DNA from: a virus
IMG/VR virus record: IMGVR_UViG_3300028840_003924
Coordinates: 72,133-136,132 of that record
Direction: 5' to 3' (one strand)
Length of the DNA: 64,000 bases
Shown here: positions 55,829-64,000 of the stretch, in pieces
Position numbering within the stretch: the stretch's first letter is position 1
Layout: every line of letters begins with the position of its first letter
Notes under the pieces: model-generated
Database searches by the model: none
Told to the model about the DNA's origin: nothing
The model's input: the letters and a program-made list of their open reading frames with translations, nothing else
Program-made: the position numbers and the translations under genes

Positions 55829-58540
55829 ATGGACTTTCTACTCATTGCCGCCGCCGCTGGTGGCTTCCTTTTCTTCGTCGAAGTATTGCTCAAGATCAAC
55901 AACCCGAAGCCAGAAGAGAAGAGGGAACAGAAGAAGGTCGAGACCAACGTAGAGGTCCAAAAACCCGCCGAACATATTGAAGTGGAGTTGACAGTCGAGC
56001 CCGACAAAGGACTGTCGCCGCATAAGATGACGACGTACCTGCACAAAGAAGTCGAGGTAAGTTCAGACGGAACAAACTGGGAGAAACGCCAACTGCTTGC
56101 CATCGTTACCAATGAAGGGTTCGACTATCCGTTCATCACCAATAATAAGCTTGTCAAAGGGGCCACGACTAGTTGGATATACGCTCGCCCGCTTACGGAA
56201 GAAGAACCACCCAAAGAAGAACCACCCAAAGAAGAACCACCCAAAGAAGAACCACCCAAAGAAGAACCACCCAAAGAAGAACCACCCAAAGAAGAACACC
56301 CCATCAAGAAAGGCATGTGGGTTCGTGTTGATCATGGCTGCCCACATTGCGAAGGCAAAATCAAGGAAGTGAAAGAGACCGTTGGCAAAAGCAAAAGCGT
56401 AGTCAAGATCGAATGTAACGGCAAAACAACCACCATTCAGACAAGCAGCCTGACACCCCTTCCCTTCCAACCGGGTGACCGTGTTGTCTTCGATGTAGGC
56501 GACAAGAAGCTAAGGGCCGATCTCGTAAACCAAAAAGGAACAGTACTCCTTCCTCCCGCCAGCGGAAATTTGGTGCGAGTCATACTCGACAAGCCCTACA
56601 AAACCGCCACTGAGTTCCCCTACTACAAAACCGCCACCGAGTTCATGACCGGAGCGTGCAACTTGCGGCGTATAGAAGACGACCAACCACCACCTTCTGC
56701 GGCACAGCCGCAGAAGGTGGTTAATGCCGCAGATGTCGACAATGCCACCAAAGACCGAGAAGTGCCCAACGAACTCCCAAAGGGAACGAGGGTGAAGATC
56801 ACCAACAGATCGTTCCCAGACTTCTTTGGTAAAGAGGGTACGATCAAAGGTCTTGCCGAAAACCGCTCGGGGTCAGAACCACAGCTAATGTATGCCCTCG
56901 ATATCGACGGAAAATATGCCCAGTTCTACCGGTCGTCATTTGAAGTTCTACCCGACGAAGACGACCCCTTTCAACCCGGTGTGTGGGTGAGGATCAACAA
57001 CGCCAACAATCCCGACAACATCGGTATGAACGCCAAGATTGTACAAACTTACAATCGTGACGTTGAAGTGGAACTTGGCTGCAAGCACCACACCTTCAGC
57101 AAAAACAAGCTTAGCGTCCTCCCGTTCCAACCGGGCGATTGTGTCACCATCACCGAAGGCCAGTATACAGGAAAAGAAGGAACGATACTAGAGCCGCTGA
57201 CGACCCAGGATTGGGTCACCGTGGAAGTGCAGTCCGCCAAAACGCACAAAATCCGGACCAAATTCGACAGACTGAAACACGCAGAAGACCCAACCACCAC
57301 AGATAACAAGAACGCCCCACCACCACCACCTCCTGCTCCACCGGAGCAGGAGGTGGTGTTCAAAGAAGGAGACCGAGTGGTCATCACTCACACAGCAAAG
57401 AGGACCGGTCTCGTAGGAATGACGGGAACGGTCGCCGTCCTCACCTGTGGTGGTGACGCCTCGGTAGTGACAGACCAACCCGTCGACGGTCATGCTCGCT
57501 GGACCGTCCCCGTAGACGTTCTCGAACACTACAAGGTCAAAGTGGGAGATCGGGTTGCTATCCAAAACCACTCGGCCCTCTACAATGACGCAGAGGGTGT
57601 AGTAGAGAACACCACAAGCGACACGGTGGGCATAAGATTGGATCATCCCGTCGCCACTGCCCGCTACGTCAGCGTTGTCCCAAAGAGCGTCCGACCTGCC
57701 CCGGAGTTCTGCGAAGGCATGTTGGTGGAGATCGTCAACGCCCACAATAAAGACAACATCGGTCTTATCAGAAAAGTTGTCGGTGAAACCCCCAAGGACG
57801 TGATACTCGACTGGAATGGTGGTAACCGCAACTTTGGGAAGGTGTTCGTCCGTCGCTGCCGGTTCCAAATCAACGACCGGGTCAGGATTGTAAGCAGCAT
57901 CAACGGAGACCTCGTCGGCAAACATGGAAAGGTCACCAAAACCACAGACAATAAAGGTCTCATCTGGGTAGCCTTGTATGAGCCAGTCAACTGCCAGACC
58001 AACTGGACGTTGAACATAAATAACCTGGAGCTAGCCAACTTCCGAGTAGGCGACAAAGTGCGGGTAGTCACTTGGCCGATATCCAAAAGAATCGGACAGA
58101 CTGGGAACATCGTTGAAATCGGCGAAAACTCTGCCACGGTTCGTCTCGACGACCAGACCGGTAACATCCAAGGATCGCTGAAGAACTTCCGACACGTTCA
58201 GGCACCCGACTTCCGCAAGGAGATGTGGGTGAAGGTGATGCAGGCCAAGAACAAGAGCATGATCGGGAAGGTCTACCAGATCGTAGTGGTCAGGGACTAC
58301 GACCTCGGTATACGATTGCCGAGTGGTAATATCGGCTTCTTCCTGTTCTCCGCAGTCAAACCACTACCCTTCCAGCCAAAAGACGAAGTCCTCGTCGATA
58401 ATGGCGGACCCCTTCAGGGTTACACGGTAATCATAGAGCATCCCGTCGATCTCACAGGTGAGTGCTTCCAAGTCCACGCACCCTGGCACAGCACCTTCAA
58501 AAAGTGGCACCTTAAAACGAAAGACCTCAGACACACATAA
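55829..58540 (+). CDS. Mosaic membrane protein: TM, 1 IEVR/W-ARP module, about 12 KOW/SH3-like repeats
   Basis: MDFLLIAAAAGGFLFFV; FQPGDRVV, FKEGDRVV, FRVGDKVR units. Confidence 0.85.
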   Translation: MDFLLIAAAAGGFLFFVEVLLKINNPKPEEKREQKKVETNVEVQKPAEHIEVELTVEPDKGLSPHKMTTYLHKEVEVSSDGTNWEKRQLLAIVTNEGFDYPFITNNKLVKGATTSWIYARPLTEEEPPKEEPPKEEPPKEEPPKEEPPKEEPPKEEHPIKKGMWVRVDHGCPHCEGKIKEVKETVGKSKSVVKIECNGKTTTIQTSSLTPLPFQPGDRVVFDVGDKKLRADLVNQKGTVLLPPASGNLVRVILDKPYKTATEFPYYKTATEFMTGACNLRRIEDDQPPPSAAQPQKVVNAADVDNATKDREVPNELPKGTRVKITNRSFPDFFGKEGTIKGLAENRSGSEPQLMYALDIDGKYAQFYRSSFEVLPDEDDPFQPGVWVRINNANNPDNIGMNAKIVQTYNRDVEVELGCKHHTFSKNKLSVLPFQPGDCVTITEGQYTGKEGTILEPLTTQDWVTVEVQSAKTHKIRTKFDRLKHAEDPTTTDNKNAPPPPPPAPPEQEVVFKEGDRVVITHTAKRTGLVGMTGTVAVLTCGGDASVVTDQPVDGHARWTVPVDVLEHYKVKVGDRVAIQNHSALYNDAEGVVENTTSDTVGIRLDHPVATARYVSVVPKSVRPAPEFCEGMLVEIVNAHNKDNIGLIRKVVGETPKDVILDWNGGNRNFGKVFVRRCRFQINDRVRIVSSINGDLVGKHGKVTKTTDNKGLIWVALYEPVNCQTNWTLNINNLELANFRVGDKVRVVTWPISKRIGQTGNIVEIGENSATVRLDDQTGNIQGSLKNFRHVQAPDFRKEMWVKVMQAKNKSMIGKVYQIVVVRDYDLGIRLPSGNIGFFLFSAVKPLPFQPKDEVLVDNGGPLQGYTVIIEHPVDLTGECFQVHAPWHSTFKKWHLKTKDLRHT
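56201..56297 (+). repeat. Coding tandem repeat (GAAGAACCACCCAAA) x6 plus partial, encoding EEPPK
   Basis: Six perfect 15-bp units from 56201 to 56290. Confidence 0.97.
56689..56721. repeat. CCACC hairpin element, in-frame inside CDS
   Basis: ACCACCTTCTGCGGC-ACA-GCCGCAGAAGGTGGT, read as PPPSAAQPQKVV. Confidence 0.9.
57324..57358. repeat. CCACC hairpin element, in-frame inside CDS
   Basis: CACCACCTCCTGCTCC-ACC-GGAGCAGGAGGTGGTG, read as PPPPAPPEQEVV. Confidence 0.9.
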
Positions 58541-58556
58541 CCCGGAGAAAAGAGCC

Positions 58557-61500
58557 ATGTCCGGAATAGACCTTTGCTGCCTGCTCATGCTGGCAATCTT
58601 CCTCGTTGTCCTGTATACCGCCAAGCGCCCCAAACCAGAACCAAAAAAGAAACTGGTAAGGGATGATTACATGGACACTCAGACGGGGATGCGGCAAATA
58701 TCCTACCTCTGCGACGGAAAGCTCCATCGCACGGACGGGCCCGCACGTACACGCTATTATGGCAAGGACCATGACATCATGGGAATGAAGGCAAGGAGTG
58801 CCGATTACTACTACGAGGGCGGTACGTGCTTCTGCATTCTTTATAAGGACTTCAAAAGCGAAATCCTCTACGCCGACTTCCCAATGGACAAGGAGAAAAT
58901 CCCTCCCCGACCCAAGAGCGATGCACTGGCCACCATCGTCGGCGAATACCGACGATGGTGGTATGTTGTCGAATGGACCAAGAAGGAACTGGAGGCGACG
59001 AAGGAGAAACTGGAGAAGAGCGAAGAGAATGTCGCATCGCTTAGTGCCCAACTGACGAACAAAGAGCCCGACCCGTTCCGCAAAGGGGATCGGGTAAAGA
59101 TCATGAAAGTGGGCCACGTTGGGGAGAATGCGTATCTGGGAAAGACCGGCACCGTGATCAACCAGAATTTAACTGGGCTGGTTAATATCAAACTAGATGA
59201 AGAGGTCCACGGAAGTGACAAAACCGGCTTCTATGCCCATCGATTGAAATTGATCGAGAACACACCACCTCCCGCTTCGAGGAAGCGGGAGGTGGTGGTG
59301 TTGGGTGATTACAAAATAGGTGACCGGGTGGAGATCGTGAGTTCCCTCGTCAGTAAGTTTAGAGGAAAGAAAGGGGAAGTGAAAAGGATTTCATCAGCAG
59401 GTGACTATCTCGTCATCTGGTTGGATGAGCCGGTCGGGCAGGAGCAGAGAGTATTCTACCAACCCGACAAGGTAAAGAAGGTTTTCAAGGTTGGCGACCG
59501 GGTGAAGATCATCCAACCCAAGGACACCTCGAAAGGGCCGACATCAGCAGTGTATCTTGGAAGGACGGGAACGGTCGACGCATTGTTGCTGGATGATATG
59601 ATTAGAATGCGTTTCGACGAGAAGATGAACGATAGCTCTACTGTCGATCTGTTTGCTATCCGGTTTGAACTGATAGATGAAAATCCCCGTGCTACGGCAG
59701 AGGACAGCCCACCACCTCCGTCTGCGACGGAGGTGGTGGGCGGGTTTAAGGTGGGGGACCGTGTTCGGCTGAAAGGTGGTTCGGTTCTGGGTACGATCAT
59801 CGATTTTGGTATCAGGGGAACGGGTTATGTTCTTGTGGAGTGGAATAATGATGGCCCTCCGACTTATTGTCCCGCCGAACACTTGATGGAGGAGAACGGC
59901 TATTCCGGCTGCCCTGTTGAAGGTGGGGATGGCTTCAAGGTGGGTGACCGTGCCCAGATCAAGAAGGATTGCCCAAGTAAAAATGCAGGTCAGTACGGCA
60001 AAATCACGAAGATGCGAAAGTTGCATGGTGTCACCCAGGTGATTGTGGAATTGGAGCAGGGGCTGGTTCGGTCGACGCCCTCTAAGGACGACAAAGACGA
60101 CTGGCTCTGGGTTGGGCATTTGGTCCACGCCGAGAAGAGCGAAAGTTTGGACGAGCCAAAGGGCGAGTTTAAGGTTGGTGAGGAGGTTACACAGTTTCAC
60201 AAGCGTCTCAACGAGCTTAACGAAAAAGTGGAGCGGGTTCAAAAGCAGCTAAAGGATGCCGCTTCGGGAGGTCCTGCGCCTACGGAGCAAATGCCCGAGG
60301 TTGACGAGAGCTATATCGGCTATCCGGTGTTGGTATCGTTGGATAAGAAGAAGTGGTTCGCCAGAACACTTACGGAACTCCGAAAAGGGAGGACCCACCC
60401 ATATAAGACTGAACGATCCGACAATCAGAAGCCCGATGATATCGGCAAGTGGAGATATGCCCAACCTTTGTATGCGGCACCTGAGGCCGTGTTGAAATGG
60501 CAGGACGAAGAAGCTCAGAAGATGTTCGAGCAGCAGTTCCATGAACTTCTAGCAAAGGCCGTGAAGAACAACGATGGTAAGGTAGACGAGCGTTACATTG
60601 GTCTGCCCATCGAAGTCTCCATGGACGAGAAGAAGTGGTTCATGCGGACGTTGGTCGAGTGCGATGGGGGTTACTACGGTGTTCGACATACTTGGAGCCA
60701 GCAAACAGAGCACTATCCTCATGCTCGGCCTCTTGGATACGCCCAGCCGGTCTGCGTGGTGAAAGAAGCAGAACAGAAGCCAGAAGACGAAAAGCTCAGT
60801 TGCGAATCTGAGCGATCTTCCGGGTGCGAACAAAAGACCCACCGGCGTGGACTTCTTATCCATCGCACAAGTGGACCGGCTATAACGATCACTATGGATA
60901 AAGGGAAGTCTAGGACCCACTTCAAGCCAAACTTCGAGTGGGACTACTACGAGGAGTGGGTTCTTCACGGGTCCAGGCATCGAGACGACGGCCCGGCTCG
61001 TGTTTGGATGCGAGACGGTAAAGTGGTTTACCAAGAGTACTTCGCCAACGGTGGAAAGTTCACGCCCGCCGAATGGGAGAACCGGGACTACGCCCCTGCC
61101 GAACCGCCAAAGTCCGAATCCACTTCGACAACGATCCCAACCAATCCGACCCTTCCTCCTCTGGCGATTGGCCAGCGTTTGGATGATAGATGTGTCGGTC
61201 TGTACGTCGAGGTTCGGAACAAGTCGAAGAATGATTACTGGCATCGTCGCAAGTATTCACATACGGATATGGACGGTGACAAACCTCGTCACTGGTGTAC
61301 CCATGAAGATCAAGGGAAGCTCTATTGGTGGGAGGAAGCTAGACTTTCCGCCGTTCAATCGCCCCCAACTCGGTGCAGCGAAGGGCGGAAGGGCGGCGGT
61401 AAGTGTACACACAACGCTTGTAGCGAAGGTTGTGTACCATCCAATGTACAACAGTTTGCGAACAGTTGCACGAATGGTTCCGTCGAGTTTTCAAGCGATT

Positions 61501-61619
61501 GTGTGAATTGGCACTGGGGGACACTCAAGGGATACACTCCAAATAATCCCTATCCGTTCCAAGATACGGAAGACCGTTATTATGCATTCATCCGGAGTGC
61601 GAAGAAGAAAAAGGACTGA
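58557..61619 (+). CDS. Mosaic membrane protein: TM, HRxDGPA repeats, about 5 KOW-like and 4 IEVR/W-ARP modules
   Basis: Start at ATG 58557 (GGAG upstream); FKVGDRV units; VDESYIG...WRYAQP. Confidence 0.85.
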   Translation: MSGIDLCCLLMLAIFLVVLYTAKRPKPEPKKKLVRDDYMDTQTGMRQISYLCDGKLHRTDGPARTRYYGKDHDIMGMKARSADYYYEGGTCFCILYKDFKSEILYADFPMDKEKIPPRPKSDALATIVGEYRRWWYVVEWTKKELEATKEKLEKSEENVASLSAQLTNKEPDPFRKGDRVKIMKVGHVGENAYLGKTGTVINQNLTGLVNIKLDEEVHGSDKTGFYAHRLKLIENTPPPASRKREVVVLGDYKIGDRVEIVSSLVSKFRGKKGEVKRISSAGDYLVIWLDEPVGQEQRVFYQPDKVKKVFKVGDRVKIIQPKDTSKGPTSAVYLGRTGTVDALLLDDMIRMRFDEKMNDSSTVDLFAIRFELIDENPRATAEDSPPPPSATEVVGGFKVGDRVRLKGGSVLGTIIDFGIRGTGYVLVEWNNDGPPTYCPAEHLMEENGYSGCPVEGGDGFKVGDRAQIKKDCPSKNAGQYGKITKMRKLHGVTQVIVELEQGLVRSTPSKDDKDDWLWVGHLVHAEKSESLDEPKGEFKVGEEVTQFHKRLNELNEKVERVQKQLKDAASGGPAPTEQMPEVDESYIGYPVLVSLDKKKWFARTLTELRKGRTHPYKTERSDNQKPDDIGKWRYAQPLYAAPEAVLKWQDEEAQKMFEQQFHELLAKAVKNNDGKVDERYIGLPIEVSMDEKKWFMRTLVECDGGYYGVRHTWSQQTEHYPHARPLGYAQPVCVVKEAEQKPEDEKLSCESERSSGCEQKTHRRGLLIHRTSGPAITITMDKGKSRTHFKPNFEWDYYEEWVLHGSRHRDDGPARVWMRDGKVVYQEYFANGGKFTPAEWENRDYAPAEPPKSESTSTTIPTNPTLPPLAIGQRLDDRCVGLYVEVRNKSKNDYWHRRKYSHTDMDGDKPRHWCTHEDQGKLYWWEEARLSAVQSPPTRCSEGRKGGGKCTHNACSEGCVPSNVQQFANSCTNGSVEFSSDCVNWHWGTLKGYTPNNPYPFQDTEDRYYAFIRSAKKKKD
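59263..59297. repeat. CCACC hairpin element, in-frame inside CDS
   Basis: CACCACCTCCCGCTTC-GAG-GAAGCGGGAGGTGGTG, read as PPPASRKREVV. Confidence 0.9.
59707..59741. repeat. CCACC hairpin element, in-frame inside CDS
   Basis: GCCCACCACCTCCGTC-TGC-GACGGAGGTGGTGGGC, read as PPPPSATEVV. Confidence 0.9.
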
Positions 61620-61651
61620 GGCCCGTCGTTATTAACAAAGGAGACGTAGTT

Positions 61652-63763
61652 GTGGAACTACTCATACCACTTTGTATCTTCGTGACTTCCATCGCAATCC
61701 TTACCATTTCTGGGATGGTGAGTTATTATCGGGCCTTCCACCCAAGAGACCCGAAGGGGATGGTGTGGTGCCACAGCGAGAAAGATAGAGTTGTGCATCG
61801 CAAGGGCACCCTGCTCCATCGCAAGAAAGGTCCCGCCATTATCTTCGATTCCGGTCGACAGGAATGGTGGTTCGAGGGGAAGCTCCATAACGAAACAGGC
61901 CCAGCCATCATTGGTGATGACGGCGAAGTCTCTTATTACATCAATGGAAAGCAGTTGACGGAAGCAGAGTTCTTTACGGATGATCGACTAACCAAGAAAG
62001 TAGAAAGCGGCACAACAACATACTTCTGGAAAGGAATGAGGCACCGTATTAACGGACCTGCCGTAATCTATTCTAATGGAGAGGTCTGTTGGTATCGATT
62101 TGGTTGGCGTGACCGGGAAGACGGTCCTGCTGTCATTAAACCTTCGGGCACCAAGAAATGGTACAAGCATAATAAGTATCATCGTGAAGATGGCCCCGCA
62201 ATCGAATGGGCGGACGGAAGCACCGAGTACTACCTGCACGGCGTGAATTACACAGAAGGTGCTTACGTGAAGATGATCGCCGAACTGAAAAAATCCAGAG
62301 AAAAGCTTACCACCACCTCCTCGGCTGACGCCGAGTCGGTGGGTTCTTGGGACTTCCGCATTGAGCATTACACCAACAGCGGTGGGTCTGATACGCAGTG
62401 CGATCTCGAAACCGCTATGAGGAATGTGGGCAAGACTTCTGTCGTTGCCAAAAGTAAGCAGACGGGTGAAGACACGCCAGTGATGGATATTCGATATTCC
62501 CTAAGGGATTATGCGAGCAGAGGCTTCCTTCAATCCTCCCCTGCCGATGCGGCTTTTCTAGGTAGCCTTTCTTCAGAGGGCGTGAATACGATGCAGAAGC
62601 TCTTCGATGACGAAGAGATTACGTACCCGTATGTCATGCTGTTCTTCGACAAGTTAGGGGTGGTGCCACCTATAGACTTTACTGCTGCTGTCATTGAAGA
62701 GCCCTGCGGTGCTAAAAAGAAAATATTCCGTAACTGTGACAAGACAGTCATCCAGTATCAGAACTCTATCGGCCAGTGGCATCGTGATGGGGGACCAGCG
62801 GAGACTATCCTTCACCATGAAAACCCAGTGCTTGCCAAGGTTGGAAGTGAGCACATCAGGTATGACCGCTACGAAGCCTTCTGGCAAAATGGGAGGAAGC
62901 ATCATGTTCGTGGCCCGGCTGTTCTTTGGTACAAAGGTGATACAGTCGTAGCTAGAGAGTACCACCTGAACGGCGAGCGGATGTCACATTATTTGTGGCG
63001 GCAGAAGCTGAGTGTGAGGTCGGATGATGTCGAAATCCCCGAGGACGAACCTTCCAAGGGTGACGAGGCCACCGAAGAGCACATCAACCAACCGATTGAC
63101 ACTGTACGGGTTTATGCTCGGCCAGTTTCCACTTGGATGTGCAAGTTATACCACGCTGACAAGCAGGGGGCTGTGCTTTCGTCGGTTGACAACGCTTACC
63201 GCACGACTGTCCAAATCAAGCTCGGATGCCTTCGTGTCAATCTTTTCGTCATCGTGTACCACGGGGATTATGCGAACATTGGAGAGGTGGCCGAGAAGGG
63301 GTTCTTCCAAGAACTAACGAAGGAGAACTATTCGACAATCCGCAAGGCTCTTTACGACGACTATATCGATATGCGCATACTCGATGAGGCATTTGAAAGA
63401 GCGGGCATTCCTCTGCCAACTGACGAAACTCCTGCCCGCCTTGAGTGGGTGCATCCTAAGCACGCAGTAACGGGGAAGCCGATCAAGCGGCAGAACAGGA
63501 TGTCGATGCTCGTGTTCATCCATCGCTCCGGAAAGAGGGAGGACCTCATCGAGATTGCATGGAAGAGCGAGCACGATGCGTATGTGATCGACACTCACGG
63601 TACGATGGCAACCTACGAGTCCCTCACTCCCGAAGACCTCGACTGTGCCTGTATGACGTTGGATGCCGAGACTGGTATGGATGCCGAACCTTTGATTCGG
63701 GTTGCGTTTGATCGCAAATACTGCCAGTTGCCAAAGGGTTGGCGGTCGGGTCCCGAGACGTAG
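61652..63763 (+). CDS. Mosaic membrane protein: TM and about 7 HRxDGPA repeats
   Basis: AAGGAG RBS, GTG start; HREDGPA-type repeats. Confidence 0.85.
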   Translation: MELLIPLCIFVTSIAILTISGMVSYYRAFHPRDPKGMVWCHSEKDRVVHRKGTLLHRKKGPAIIFDSGRQEWWFEGKLHNETGPAIIGDDGEVSYYINGKQLTEAEFFTDDRLTKKVESGTTTYFWKGMRHRINGPAVIYSNGEVCWYRFGWRDREDGPAVIKPSGTKKWYKHNKYHREDGPAIEWADGSTEYYLHGVNYTEGAYVKMIAELKKSREKLTTTSSADAESVGSWDFRIEHYTNSGGSDTQCDLETAMRNVGKTSVVAKSKQTGEDTPVMDIRYSLRDYASRGFLQSSPADAAFLGSLSSEGVNTMQKLFDDEEITYPYVMLFFDKLGVVPPIDFTAAVIEEPCGAKKKIFRNCDKTVIQYQNSIGQWHRDGGPAETILHHENPVLAKVGSEHIRYDRYEAFWQNGRKHHVRGPAVLWYKGDTVVAREYHLNGERMSHYLWRQKLSVRSDDVEIPEDEPSKGDEATEEHINQPIDTVRVYARPVSTWMCKLYHADKQGAVLSSVDNAYRTTVQIKLGCLRVNLFVIVYHGDYANIGEVAEKGFFQELTKENYSTIRKALYDDYIDMRILDEAFERAGIPLPTDETPARLEWVHPKHAVTGKPIKRQNRMSMLVFIHRSGKREDLIEIAWKSEHDAYVIDTHGTMATYESLTPEDLDCACMTLDAETGMDAEPLIRVAFDRKYCQLPKGWRSGPET
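62313..62342. repeat. Degenerate CCACC hairpin element inside CDS
   Basis: CCACCTCCTCGGC-TGAC-GCCGAGTCGGTGG, two mismatches, 4-nt loop, read in a different frame (TTSSADAESV). Confidence 0.55.
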
Positions 63764-63764
63764 C

Positions 63765-63793
63765 TTGAGTTAGACCACCAACTATGGTATGAT
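63765..63793 (+). promoter_or_regulatory. Sigma70-type promoter
   Basis: TTGAGT-17 nt-TATGAT with TG extension. Confidence 0.55.
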
Positions 63794-63886
63794 TTCCTCA
63801 AGTTTAGGAGTAAAATTGCCGATACCAGATTTAGGGGGCTTTCGGAGAGTCCCAATCCCGATATTACGCTGTTAGCGAGGTGAAGC

Positions 63887-64000
63887 ATGTCTTCCTTGGC
63901 ATTTTCGTTGCTACTCTTCGGGGTAGCTTTTTTTGTCTTCTTCGCCATCGTGCGGGGGATCACCTTAAGTCAGTTGGCATGGACAGCCTTCTGTACGTAT
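63887..64000 (+). CDS. Possible partial membrane protein running off the window end
   Basis: GAGGTG RBS; MSSLAFSLLLFGVAFFVFFAIV open to the end; overlaps a terminator-like hairpin. Confidence 0.35.
   Translation, partial: MSSLAFSLLLFGVAFFVFFAIVRGITLSQLAWTAFCTY
63910..63934 (+). terminator. Intrinsic terminator-like hairpin
   Basis: GCTACTC-TTCG-GGGTAGC followed by T7. Confidence 0.6.

Noticed and set aside
56201-56297. CRISPR-like array
   Set aside because: Head-to-tail 15-bp units with no spacers, in-frame inside a CDS; no cas genes seen
1-64000. Stop-codon reassignment
   Set aside because: Long structural genes are intact in the standard code, and TAA, TAG and TGA all end tightly packed genes
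1-64000. tRNA, rRNA, integrase or transposase genes
   Set aside because: None recognised by eye; tRNAscan-SE and HMM searches were not run

Overview
The window reads as a 64-kb segment of a large T4-like contractile-tailed (jumbo/myo) phage genome in the standard genetic code. The host is probably in Planctomycetota, inferred from the sequence style of the captured bL12, Csp and HicB-like genes. About 1.4-24.8 kb is mostly a minus-strand late/virion block: baseplate gp6/J, gpI-like, gp25, gp5, gp27-like, gp53, tube initiator, tape measure, gp2 end protector, GroES and candidate internal head proteins. About 26.7-64 kb is a plus-strand early/accessory region rich in membrane proteins and host-derived genes (bL12, Csp, NADAR, M16 peptidase, PrkA fragment, YacG-like, two methyltransferases, radical SAM, COOH-NH2 ligase). 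Two features stand out. First, seven membrane-anchored mosaic proteins are built combinatorially from three repeated modules. Second, a dispersed family of perfect CCACC...GGTGG hairpins with 3-nt loops occurs both between genes and in-frame at module junctions inside those proteins, with fully covarying inner stems. Two candidate structured RNAs were also seen. All functional calls come from motif recognition by eye; no database search was run.
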